This document shows, piece after piece, positions 55,857-64,000 of a DNA stretch of 64,000 bases; within the stretch, counting starts at the first letter, position 1; each line of letters begins with the position of its first letter. The translations under genes were made by a program, and so were the position numbers. The stretch spans positions 18,681 through 82,680 of the IMG/VR virus record IMGVR_UViG_3300027983_000009. One strand, given 5' to 3'. This DNA comes from a virus. Under the pieces are notes generated by a model that was not told the DNA's origin, made no database searches, and worked only from the letters and a program-made list of their open reading frames with translations.

Positions 55857-56444
55857 ATGACACCGGATAAGGTAAATGTCAAAGATATACACTATCTACC
55901 TCGCACATATAGTGGCCTTCTGGGGTACTCGTGGCTCGGACACCCCGAGCTGCTTTCGGTTATCCCGCAGTTACCACACACAGGTACGCTGGTCGAGGTG
56001 GGTACAGCTTCTGGTGTTACAGCAGCATTATTCTCAGCGTCGCGACCAGAGTTGCAACTTGTTTGTCTGGATACTTTCGTAGAGGCTCCCGCCCACTTAC
56101 CGACAGATAGGCCAGACTGTCGCAGCGGCGCAGACAGACGCAATGACTGGCGGCATAATGCAACCCCTCGCATGGTGTTGCTGGAGCAGACATTAGCAGA
56201 CTTTGCAAAAAGTATCCGGATAGCTGACATGGCTGTCTTCATTGATGGAGACCACTCTTATGAGGGTGTAGTAGCCGACCTGGCCGTGTGTGAGGAGTAT
56301 CTTCCAGAAGTTATCTTCTGCCACGATTACGGCGACCCACACTGGACTGGCGTGAAGCGAGCCGTAGATGAGTTCCTGATACGGTGCCCAGTTTACGGCC
56401 TCACTAACAAGTGCAATTCTGCCATCACACTGAGAAAAAAATGA
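55857..56444 (+). CDS. Class I SAM methyltransferase (Methyltransf_24-like)
   Basis: VEVGTASGVT, VFIDGDHSYEGV..D, HDY. Confidence 0.85.
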   Translation: MTPDKVNVKDIHYLPRTYSGLLGYSWLGHPELLSVIPQLPHTGTLVEVGTASGVTAALFSASRPELQLVCLDTFVEAPAHLPTDRPDCRSGADRRNDWRHNATPRMVLLEQTLADFAKSIRIADMAVFIDGDHSYEGVVADLAVCEEYLPEVIFCHDYGDPHWTGVKRAVDEFLIRCPVYGLTNKCNSAITLRKK

Positions 56445-57277
56445 ATCCTCGTGGCATCACCGTGTGTGTAGACTACGACGACTTATTGCAACTAACACTA
56501 CCGCAGAACCTGCAGTTTGTGTCAGAGCAGTGGGTCGTCACGTCGCCAACAGACGACAGGACACAAAAATTACTGCGGGACAAATTCCCTGCTGTTAAGG
56601 TATTTGTAACGGATGCGTTTACTCGCTACGGGGCCAGTTTTAACAAAGGCCTGGCCATGGAAGAAGCATTTACTGCCATGGGTCGCGACGGCTGGATCCT
56701 GATATGGGACGCAGACACGGTGTTCGAGAGTCGCCTGTTTTCCGGGTTCGCGGGGGTAGCTAGATTCAGTAAGGACATCCTGTACGGCTGTCGCAGACTG
56801 ATACTGACAGACCCGACTATTTACGAGGCGGACCCAGCAGCAGCGTGGCGGCAAGCGGTGAGGACAGATGACACCGACATCCCGGGCTACTTTCAGCTAT
56901 TCAACGCAGCAGCTCCGCAGCTCAAAGGTAGAGAATTTTGGTACGACCCGACTTTCGCCCACGCTGGGGGTGGGGACGCGTACTTTCACAGCCTGTGGTC
57001 GGTCAGGCGTAAACGGAGGCTGCCTATACTCGTCTTGCATTTAGGCCCTCGAGACTGCAACTGGTTCGGGAGGGTCTCCGCTCGTGTCGATGGCGGTGAC
57101 GTGGCGGGCGAGGGGCGGCAGGAGGTTGAGCTAGCTGCGCTGCGTAAATTTCAAGGGTGGAGGGATATACACAGAGGCAAGCACAAGAACGCAGACGGGA
57201 AAGTGCTGGACAGGGTAAGTGTACCGGGTGTTAAATCTACATATGTTTGGGGAAGATCCAAGCCGCCGGAGCAGTGA
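56441..57277 (+). CDS. GT-A fold glycosyltransferase
   Basis: ITVCVDYDDLL..TL, FNKG, WIL.WDAD, GYFQLF. Confidence 0.75.
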   Translation: MNPRGITVCVDYDDLLQLTLPQNLQFVSEQWVVTSPTDDRTQKLLRDKFPAVKVFVTDAFTRYGASFNKGLAMEEAFTAMGRDGWILIWDADTVFESRLFSGFAGVARFSKDILYGCRRLILTDPTIYEADPAAAWRQAVRTDDTDIPGYFQLFNAAAPQLKGREFWYDPTFAHAGGGDAYFHSLWSVRRKRRLPILVLHLGPRDCNWFGRVSARVDGGDVAGEGRQEVELAALRKFQGWRDIHRGKHKNADGKVLDRVSVPGVKSTYVWGRSKPPEQ

Positions 57278-57281
57278 TTCG

Positions 57282-58025
57282 ATGCAGTGTATTACCGTAG
57301 CAGTAGGGTACGCAGACATACTAGCAATTACATTACCAAGGAATCGACAGCACTTCAGCTGCATGCACCTTGTGACCTCAGAGGACACCCAAGACGACGC
57401 GGTAGTCGAGCTAGGTAAGCAGTTCAACTGTAGCGTGACCCGCACACCCGCCTTTTATCGTGACGGTGCATCCTTCAATAAGTTTCTGGCTGTAAATGCG
57501 GCGCTGGCAGCGGTGCGACCACGCGGCTGGTTGTGTTTCATGGATGCCGACGTTGTGTTACCGCCAACGCTACCTGTGAACGATTTCGATGCAGGTAACA
57601 TCTACAGCCCGCCACGCCGAATGCTTGTAGATACTTTTGCTGAGATACCGCCGCACACAGAGTGGGGCAGGTTACCACTCGGCCCGCCTGCGCCGCGTGG
57701 TAAAATTATGGCCGGATACACGCAAATTTTCCACACAGCGGACGTTGTGCTGCAGGCGTTACCGTGGTACGGGTCGGACTACAAGAATGCATCTGACGGG
57801 GATACGCAGTTTGCAAGGCGGTGGCCCAAAGCAAACCGGCTAAGACCAGCTTTTGACGTTTGCCATCTTGGGCGGGACTCTGTAAACTGGTGCGGCCGCG
57901 TCGCAGAATATGCGGACGGTAGCTTACCGCCGCAGGCAGGTGAGCGACTGATTCAGGTGCAGGCTTTTCTTGCTGGTAGGCGAGCGGCAGCCCGCAAAGC
58001 ACCTGAGAAGCCAAAGCGTAAGTAG
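57282..58025 (+). CDS. GT-A fold glycosyltransferase (paralog of the previous gene)
   Basis: ITVAVGYADIL..TL, FNK, WLCFMDAD, GYTQIF, HLG…NWCGRV. Confidence 0.75.
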   Translation: MQCITVAVGYADILAITLPRNRQHFSCMHLVTSEDTQDDAVVELGKQFNCSVTRTPAFYRDGASFNKFLAVNAALAAVRPRGWLCFMDADVVLPPTLPVNDFDAGNIYSPPRRMLVDTFAEIPPHTEWGRLPLGPPAPRGKIMAGYTQIFHTADVVLQALPWYGSDYKNASDGDTQFARRWPKANRLRPAFDVCHLGRDSVNWCGRVAEYADGSLPPQAGERLIQVQAFLAGRRAAARKAPEKPKRK

Positions 58026-58099
58026 AAGATCGACAACGTAGTCGATCTCAGTGCGACAGTCCGGTGGTTATGCGTAGCCACCCAGCAGGAGTAGAGAAG

Positions 58100-58684
58100 A
58101 TGGAAGAGAGTACAACAACCAGCGTCGTCCCGTACAGTGAATTCGTACGAGCACTGTCTAAACCTGGTGAGGTTATGCTGGCGGAGATGACGCCGGAAAA
58201 GCTACACCTGTGGCACATGTCGAGTGCGTTGCTGGATGAGGTGGCCGAGCTTGCCGAGTGCATGGTAGACTACGACCACGGCAAGAAGACAAACGCGATT
58301 GAAGAGTTTGGCGATATGCGATTCTTTTTGCAGGGTATCTGCAACGTGATCGACGAAAACCTCAACTATACGTTTGCAGCCTGCCACGGGGTGCGAATCC
58401 GTAACAGTGATACGACTGAGACACTGATGCTGCTCATTGCTGCGGGTAAGCTGTTTGATGCAGTGAAACGCTATGTTATTTACAACGGGCAACTGGATAG
58501 AGTCAAACTCGTTGACTCGCTGGTGGAGGTTGTCCGCAGCATTACGCGGCTGTATCTGGTTGTCGAGGTGAGTGATGAGATCGTAGAGCGATCTAACCGC
58601 GTCAAGCTGGGTTTGCGGTACGCGAAGCTGACCTACGGCGACCAGGCCGCCCAGCAGCGAGCAGATAAACCTGCTGGCGAGTAA
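58100..58684 (+). CDS. MazG-like nucleotide pyrophosphohydrolase with a degenerate second repeat
   Basis: EVAEL…EEFGDMRFFL; AGKLFDAVKR; N..KL..RY. Confidence 0.7.
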   Translation: MEESTTTSVVPYSEFVRALSKPGEVMLAEMTPEKLHLWHMSSALLDEVAELAECMVDYDHGKKTNAIEEFGDMRFFLQGICNVIDENLNYTFAACHGVRIRNSDTTETLMLLIAAGKLFDAVKRYVIYNGQLDRVKLVDSLVEVVRSITRLYLVVEVSDEIVERSNRVKLGLRYAKLTYGDQAAQQRADKPAGE

Positions 58685-58728
58685 CTCACTGACCGGATCT
58701 GGAATATCACACCGTGGGACGATAGGTA

Positions 58729-59502
58729 ATGGCTCATACGAAGTTTGTTTTGCAGAGTATACACAGATCCGGTGCCGGGATGTTGATGAGTGCGTTAAAC
58801 GGGCACCCCCAGTGTGCGATGCACGGGTGCCCGTTTAACGACTACAGCGAAGACCTCACTGTAGCAACCGCATGGAAGTCGCTGTTTGACGAGACTACAG
58901 AAGTCTGTGAGTACGCAGACCCAGCAGAGAATACAGCTTCCGGGTTTACCAGCTACAGATTCCCACCCGCTGCCGCTGGCGGTCGGTCTGTCAGGTGGGA
59001 GTTGACCAACTCGCTGTGGCAGTACCTGACAGATAAAGGTGCGGATACGGCAAAGGTTATTAGGCTGCACAGGAAAGACGCGATCGCCCGCGCGATCAGT
59101 GAATTCTTCGCAATCGTTACAGACATACGATCTGCACGGCTCTGTACAGACGCACTGAGGCTCTACAAAAGCAACAAACTTAAACCACGGGCCGTACCGC
59201 CGTACCTGTTTCGCACCCTTCTGGATGACTGGCTGCTCGAGCGATCACTACAATTCGGCCGGGCTGAGGTTCTTGAAGTAACCTACGAACAGTTGGAGCA
59301 GGACTGGTCTGGCAGCATTGCGACTATTCAGGAATACCTCGGGCTGCCGTGGTCTGACCTGCAACCTACGCTTGCCAAGCTCAGTGTCCCGCAACCGCAC
59401 ACCTTGGTAACTAACTGGGAAGAGATAGTACTGGCGTTCAGGAATACAGGGTACGAGCACCTGTTCGTAGACTATGCTATTAAGTGTAAAGAGGGAAGGT
59501 AG
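58729..59502 (+). CDS. Sulfotransferase (Stf0-like)
   Basis: HRSGAGML…L.GHP; VIRLHRKD…RAIS; VTYEQL…YLG. Confidence 0.75.
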   Translation: MAHTKFVLQSIHRSGAGMLMSALNGHPQCAMHGCPFNDYSEDLTVATAWKSLFDETTEVCEYADPAENTASGFTSYRFPPAAAGGRSVRWELTNSLWQYLTDKGADTAKVIRLHRKDAIARAISEFFAIVTDIRSARLCTDALRLYKSNKLKPRAVPPYLFRTLLDDWLLERSLQFGRAEVLEVTYEQLEQDWSGSIATIQEYLGLPWSDLQPTLAKLSVPQPHTLVTNWEEIVLAFRNTGYEHLFVDYAIKCKEGR

Positions 59503-59504
59503 CT

Positions 59505-60209
59505 GTGTTTGTTCTGCGAGGCTACACCCGCTCAGGTACAGAGATGCTGCGGTCCGCCCTGGATCAGCACCCTGACATAATATGCCACGGCCCAATATTT
59601 ACAGATAAGAACAAAGACGAGTTAGCCAAAGGTGACCCTCAGCGGCTACTCCTGGCTAAGAACCTTCGACCAACTGACGGGTTCGTGATGGGTGCCGGGC
59701 CTCCGCGTGGTGATGATGTAGTGCGGCTGGCCGTAAGCGAAATGTGGGGGTACGTAGCTTCCCAGAGTATGGCTGTAGTAGCTATCCAGCGAAGAGATAT
59801 ACTGAGGATGGTTGTATCTGACGCTATACAGCGTACTGGTCGGCCCCGCACGGTCAAGTTAAGCGACAAGCCGAACAAGACTAAACAGACACTGCTGATA
59901 AGACCGGAACAACTATTGCGAGCGGCCGCTGCAGCTCAGCAAGTTGCGGATATAACGGCAAGCCAGTTCCCCTGGGCTAAAGTGGTCTACTATGAAGATA
60001 TGCTTGCAAACTGGAATACCAAGATAGATGAGATCCTGTCTTACATAGGTGCGACTCGTATGTATCTCGGTGCCATGACCCGCCGACAGGAGGTCCGCAA
60101 GATCCGAAAAATAGTCCAGAATTACGAAGAGCTTAAAACAGAGCTGTACGGCTCGAGGCCAGAGTTGTTTGATATAGCGGAGCACACAGATGGTATCTTC
60201 AGTTACTAA
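59505..60209 (+). CDS. Sulfotransferase (Stf0-like)
   Basis: TRSGTEML..ALDQHP; RRDIL.M.VS; YYEDM; VQNYEEL. Confidence 0.75.
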   Translation: MFVLRGYTRSGTEMLRSALDQHPDIICHGPIFTDKNKDELAKGDPQRLLLAKNLRPTDGFVMGAGPPRGDDVVRLAVSEMWGYVASQSMAVVAIQRRDILRMVVSDAIQRTGRPRTVKLSDKPNKTKQTLLIRPEQLLRAAAAAQQVADITASQFPWAKVVYYEDMLANWNTKIDEILSYIGATRMYLGAMTRRQEVRKIRKIVQNYEELKTELYGSRPELFDIAEHTDGIFSY

Positions 60210-61383
60210 ACAGGTTAAAATACAACTTAAAACAACAACACCAGCATCACCTATGCTGGACAGGTACCATTTCAGTTATGTGGCTGGGTGGGTTAGACGT
60301 GTGCTGGTGACAGACCACACGGACATAGAGTTAATAGACGCACTGCTGAGCTATTCCTGCGCGGTGACAGTTATTATACCACCATCTGCAACCCTACAGA
60401 GTCTGCAGGCTGTTGCGACCGCCGCAGGCAGACCGCTGGCGGCAACTGTCGTAGTGTGTGACTTACGGGCATTCTTGTCGGCCTGCGAGCTGCAGCAATT
60501 CTTTGCTATATTTGCGACCCAGGAGACGGTTGTCGAGCTTCCCGGCTTGGCAGACCTGGCGAGGAGAGCAATAGCGTGGAACGGCACACTCCATGTGACA
60601 GGTATGAAACATGACGAGCTAACTGCCGGATCTCTACAGTGTATATCCACAGCAAGCTCGCCGATTGTGTCACTCAGAAAGGATGTAGGCTGGTTGTTGG
60701 CTACGTACCCACGTTGCGGGACCCACATGCTACTATCGGCACTGCAGCAACACTCAAAACTACAGGTTGGTACCGAGCTATTTAACCACAACACAGCGAC
60801 AGGGTCCCACAGGTTTAACACCGTTAGGCAGTCGCTGGAGGTAGGGTGGCCCAAGGCGAGCAGCGGTTTTGCAGTACACAGTTCGATAGAGGGGCCGCAG
60901 CACGCCCTCAGCATGCAGGAGACAATGCAGGGCACAGCTAATTTCTGGGAGACTATACCGGACTACACGCCGACGATACTGTTACAGCGGGATAATCTGC
61001 TGGAGCGGTATGTCTCACAAAAAGTAGCCATGGCTACACGGTCGTGGAACAGCACCGACAGCGGTAAGACGGCCAGCTCGTACGCCTCAGTGTATGTGGG
61101 CTTGGGTGAGCTAGCTGCAGACATAGCGTACGTGCGACGCTGCTACGACAAAGCCGCCGCTTATTTCAAGTACTCGCTGGTTGTGCGATATGAGGATATG
61201 TGCGAGGATCCTGTAAGAGAGTTGCGGCGGGCGCAGGAATTCCTTCGAGTAGACTGGGAGGATGTGCGGCCGCTAACCGTGAAACTGACAGCAAACACTC
61301 TCGAGATTGTAGAGAACTACACACAAGTGAAAGCTTGGTGTCGTAGAAATGGGTATGGTAATTTTCTTGTAGAGGAACAGTAA
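60190..61383 (+). CDS. Sulfotransferase (Stf0-like) with an N-terminal extension
   Basis: PRCGTHML.SALQQH…ELFN; RDNLLERYVS; RYEDM; VENY. Confidence 0.75.
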   Translation: MVSSVTKQVKIQLKTTTPASPMLDRYHFSYVAGWVRRVLVTDHTDIELIDALLSYSCAVTVIIPPSATLQSLQAVATAAGRPLAATVVVCDLRAFLSACELQQFFAIFATQETVVELPGLADLARRAIAWNGTLHVTGMKHDELTAGSLQCISTASSPIVSLRKDVGWLLATYPRCGTHMLLSALQQHSKLQVGTELFNHNTATGSHRFNTVRQSLEVGWPKASSGFAVHSSIEGPQHALSMQETMQGTANFWETIPDYTPTILLQRDNLLERYVSQKVAMATRSWNSTDSGKTASSYASVYVGLGELAADIAYVRRCYDKAAAYFKYSLVVRYEDMCEDPVRELRRAQEFLRVDWEDVRPLTVKLTANTLEIVENYTQVKAWCRRNGYGNFLVEEQ

Positions 61384-62111
61384 TGCAGGGTGCACCACCA
61401 ATTGCAGCTATAATGGTGACAGGAAAAACAGTAGCCCGTTACGCACTAGCTAGAGCAGCTATGCAATCGTTTTTGTCACAAGACTATAACGGTAAGACGC
61501 ACCTGTTTATCATCAACGACAACCCTGCCCCTCTATTGGAAGAGGCAACGTCATATGCCAACGTCACGGAGGTCCGTGTCCCGTTAAGGGCCACACCCTG
61601 CACCCTCGGAGAGCTTAGAAATGTAGGCTTGGACATGGCAGCCGACGGCTTCGACTACGTTGTGCAGTGGGACGATGACGACTTCTCGTTGCCGCACAGG
61701 CTGAGTTACCAGATAAAAGAGACCACGCGAGGCACGGCCTCTATATTCAGATGGCAGACACAGTACAACCTGGCTACCGGTGCGTGTTTTGCTGGTTGCG
61801 GTAACGTGTCTACAGTTAAAGGCTTCGCAGGGACTATGTTGTTCCCAGCAACCACAAAAGCCCGGTTTCAATCAGTGGCTCGCGGTGAGGACACTTACTT
61901 TTTGCAGGCTGTAAAGCAAAAGACAACACTGCATGTGATATCAAACAGGCCAGAGATATACCTACGGCTATACCACGGTCACAACACTTGGCCAGAGTCG
62001 CACGTGATGAGGCGAAGGGCCGGCTCACGCCAGCTGCACGACAACGAGCTGGCGATTGTGCGGCAGATAGTAGAGACCAACTACCCGTGGGCGGCTAGCG
62101 GGGCTGAGTAA
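61383..62111 (+). CDS. Glycosyltransferase family 2-like
   Basis: SFLSQDY, LGELRN.G, QWDDDD…RL..Q, GED. Confidence 0.8.
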   Translation: MQGAPPIAAIMVTGKTVARYALARAAMQSFLSQDYNGKTHLFIINDNPAPLLEEATSYANVTEVRVPLRATPCTLGELRNVGLDMAADGFDYVVQWDDDDFSLPHRLSYQIKETTRGTASIFRWQTQYNLATGACFAGCGNVSTVKGFAGTMLFPATTKARFQSVARGEDTYFLQAVKQKTTLHVISNRPEIYLRLYHGHNTWPESHVMRRRAGSRQLHDNELAIVRQIVETNYPWAASGAE

Positions 62112-63103
62112 TGTTCAAAAAACACCCACACAGGTCAGCCTGTGTCGGAGAGCACCGAAGTGGTTGGGATTATGTGCGGTCGCATTTAGCGGCAGCGTAC
62201 ACAGCTGATGGTATAATCCTGGACGACTTTGTAGAGCGTACCTTCCTGTACGACGATAGCTGGCACAACAACCACGTGTACACGGAGCCGTGGGTTGGCA
62301 TAGCTCATCATGCCCCAGATATCCCGTCATGGTACATGGACAAGCTGCAGCTGTGGGACATGGTCCAGTCGCATAGATGGTTAGAGAGTCTGCCGCAGCT
62401 CAAGATGCTGGTCACCATGGCTCCCAATCTGCAGCGGTGGTTCAAGACGCACTACCCGCAACTCCCTGTAGTCTGCATTAAGCACCCGACAGGTAGACCG
62501 TTATTGGAGTGGACCCCAGCCAGGTTTACCCACAATCAGGAGAAGTTACTGCTGCAAGTAGGTTGGTTCTGTAGAAACACTGGCGCAATCTATCAGGTGG
62601 ACACACCTGCTGATTTTTTTCTGCGTAAGGGCCACTTGCGGCAAGCGGCCAGATGGATAGGTTACACTGAGCTGCTGTGCCAGACGAGTTTCAGGACAGC
62701 TGACTATAACCGCGGCAGGACGATAGTCCTGGAACCGCAGGGGAATGCAGACTACGACCACCTGCTGGCTAAAAACGTAGTGTTTATTGAGGTAATTACA
62801 GCAGTAGCGAACAATACAGTGGTGGAGTGTATTGCCAGGAATACACCCATTGTGATAAACAGACACCCGGGGCCTGCGTTTTATCTTGGGGAAGAGTATC
62901 CTCTGTTCTATGATGACATTCAGGATGTCCCTAAATTGTTAACACTGGAAAGAATACTTGAAGCACATTACTATTTGCGTCAGCTGGATAAGACATGGAT
63001 TCGCGGGAGGTGTTTTGTGGAGTCGCTGCTCAGCAGTTGCGAACTTCACGGAATACCGACTCGCGACAGGTTGTCGACAGATGACGCACTTGTGTGTGTT
63101 TAG
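62111..63103 (+). CDS. Putative GT-B-like glycosyltransferase
   Basis: HRSGW, PWVG..H, HPT, YD.LL..NVVF…ANNTVVECIARNTP…YLG..YPL. Confidence 0.6.
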   Translation: MFKKHPHRSACVGEHRSGWDYVRSHLAAAYTADGIILDDFVERTFLYDDSWHNNHVYTEPWVGIAHHAPDIPSWYMDKLQLWDMVQSHRWLESLPQLKMLVTMAPNLQRWFKTHYPQLPVVCIKHPTGRPLLEWTPARFTHNQEKLLLQVGWFCRNTGAIYQVDTPADFFLRKGHLRQAARWIGYTELLCQTSFRTADYNRGRTIVLEPQGNADYDHLLAKNVVFIEVITAVANNTVVECIARNTPIVINRHPGPAFYLGEEYPLFYDDIQDVPKLLTLERILEAHYYLRQLDKTWIRGRCFVESLLSSCELHGIPTRDRLSTDDALVCV

Positions 63104-63117
63104 ATGAGGGTGCAGGG

Positions 63118-63417
63118 ATGGCAGCTAATGTAGCGGAAGAGATCAGAGCCGGGGCTATCAGTAAAGTGGTAGCAGATAAAGGATTCGGATTCATACAACC
63201 AGACATGCCGATAGGGTCGCAGCCCGTGGCGGACCTGTTCTTTCATGCCGCGTCGGTAGTACCTCGAGAGTTATTCGACCTACTTAAAGCTGGCGTGCGG
63301 GTGGTCTACAGACTGCAGATTTCAGAGCGAGACAATAAGCTGAGAGCTGGCGACGTGCGGCTGCCTACTCTGGAGATCCGTGTAAATGAAAAGCCAGAAA
63401 TCATCTCGGCCGATTAA
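63118..63417 (+). CDS. Cold-shock domain (CSD) protein
   Basis: RNP1 KGFGFI and RNP2 DLFFH. Confidence 0.85.
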   Translation: MAANVAEEIRAGAISKVVADKGFGFIQPDMPIGSQPVADLFFHAASVVPRELFDLLKAGVRVVYRLQISERDNKLRAGDVRLPTLEIRVNEKPEIISAD

Positions 63418-64000
63418 ACAAGCAGCGATAGCACCAGCGATGCCTGCTGCCCCGGCGGCAACAGCAGCCCCACCGGCGCCGAAGCCTGCAGTACCAGTAC
63501 CAACACCAGCTACAGCCGGTGCGGACGCCGGTAATGCTCGCTGGGACTTTTTCGACGATGCCGGCAAATCCTCTATACGGGATGCATCACTGGCGACATC
63601 AGCCGGCGCAGCCGCTGGTAATCGGGCTGCACAACTGGCGACAGCAGCAGGCGCTGGTAGTCGACTAGCGCCGGCAGCGGCAGCGGCAGCGGCAGCGGCT
63701 ACCGGTACAGCTCAACGACAACCGGCCACACATTCGCAGTTTTCGGCAGCCTTGCAGACACCCGGCTTACGGTCTGGTAGCACTAGCGGTCAAGCCCTTG
63801 ACCCAAATAGTCGCGACGCTCAGCAATACTGGGCTCGTCGGAGACAGGCTAGTCAGGAGCGGGGTGCTCAGCCGCTTAACCCGAAGAGCGTTGCTCGCGA
63901 CTATGTCATGGAGACGGACGCCAGTCGACAAGCTGAGACCTCAGCAGACAATCGCGGCTCGTTGATGGGGCGGCTGGCTGGATTCAACAGGGTGGACCCC
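63386..64000 (+). CDS. Partial Ala/Pro-rich hypothetical protein (runs off the window)
   Basis: GGAG RBS; MKSQKSSRPIKQAA… appears open to the window end. Confidence 0.55.
   Translation, partial: MKSQKSSRPIKQAAIAPAMPAAPAATAAPPAPKPAVPVPTPATAGADAGNARWDFFDDAGKSSIRDASLATSAGAAAGNRAAQLATAAGAGSRLAPAAAAAAAAATGTAQRQPATHSQFSAALQTPGLRSGSTSGQALDPNSRDAQQYWARRRQASQERGAQPLNPKSVARDYVMETDASRQAETSADNRGSLMGRLAGFNRVDP

Noticed and set aside
1-64000. tRNA/rRNA genes and integron integrase
   Set aside because: No cloverleaf, rRNA-like segment or tyrosine recombinase was recognised by eye, and the hairpins lack attC RYYYAAC/GTTRRRY ends. A tRNAscan run would be needed to be certain.

Overview
About 55% GC window that reads as part of a large (possibly jumbo) bacteriophage genome. 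More than 100 tightly packed, mostly short hypothetical ORFs lie almost all on the + strand, and there are no cellular housekeeping genes, rRNA or tRNA. Several protein families suggest a Planctomycete host (inference). No capsid, terminase or polymerase hallmark is visible. Recognisable genes include DUF3310, ThyX-like thymidylate synthase, a GT25-like glycosyltransferase, a repeat-expanded DUF6745-type protein and its partner, six Gly-rich peptide cassettes next to a DUF6948-type gene, ParB-like proteins, GNAT, Lar-like, a lipoprotein/papain-like peptidase module, DNA methyltransferases, and a radical SAM/methyltransferase/glycosyltransferase/sulfotransferase cluster. The most striking signal is a 663-aa nuclease-dead Cas12m (V-U1)-like effector (31130-33121) with no adjacent canonical CRISPR array. 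It is bracketed by copies of a ~26-nt hairpin element ([G/C]CC-NN-stem6-GG[C/G]N6-stem6) that recurs about 25 times across the window with compensatory base changes. Copies occur as a 5-unit array at 11.0-11.4 kb, just upstream of many ribosome-binding sites, and in three antisense promoter+hairpin mini-cassettes. All family assignments come from motif recognition by eye, not from database searches.
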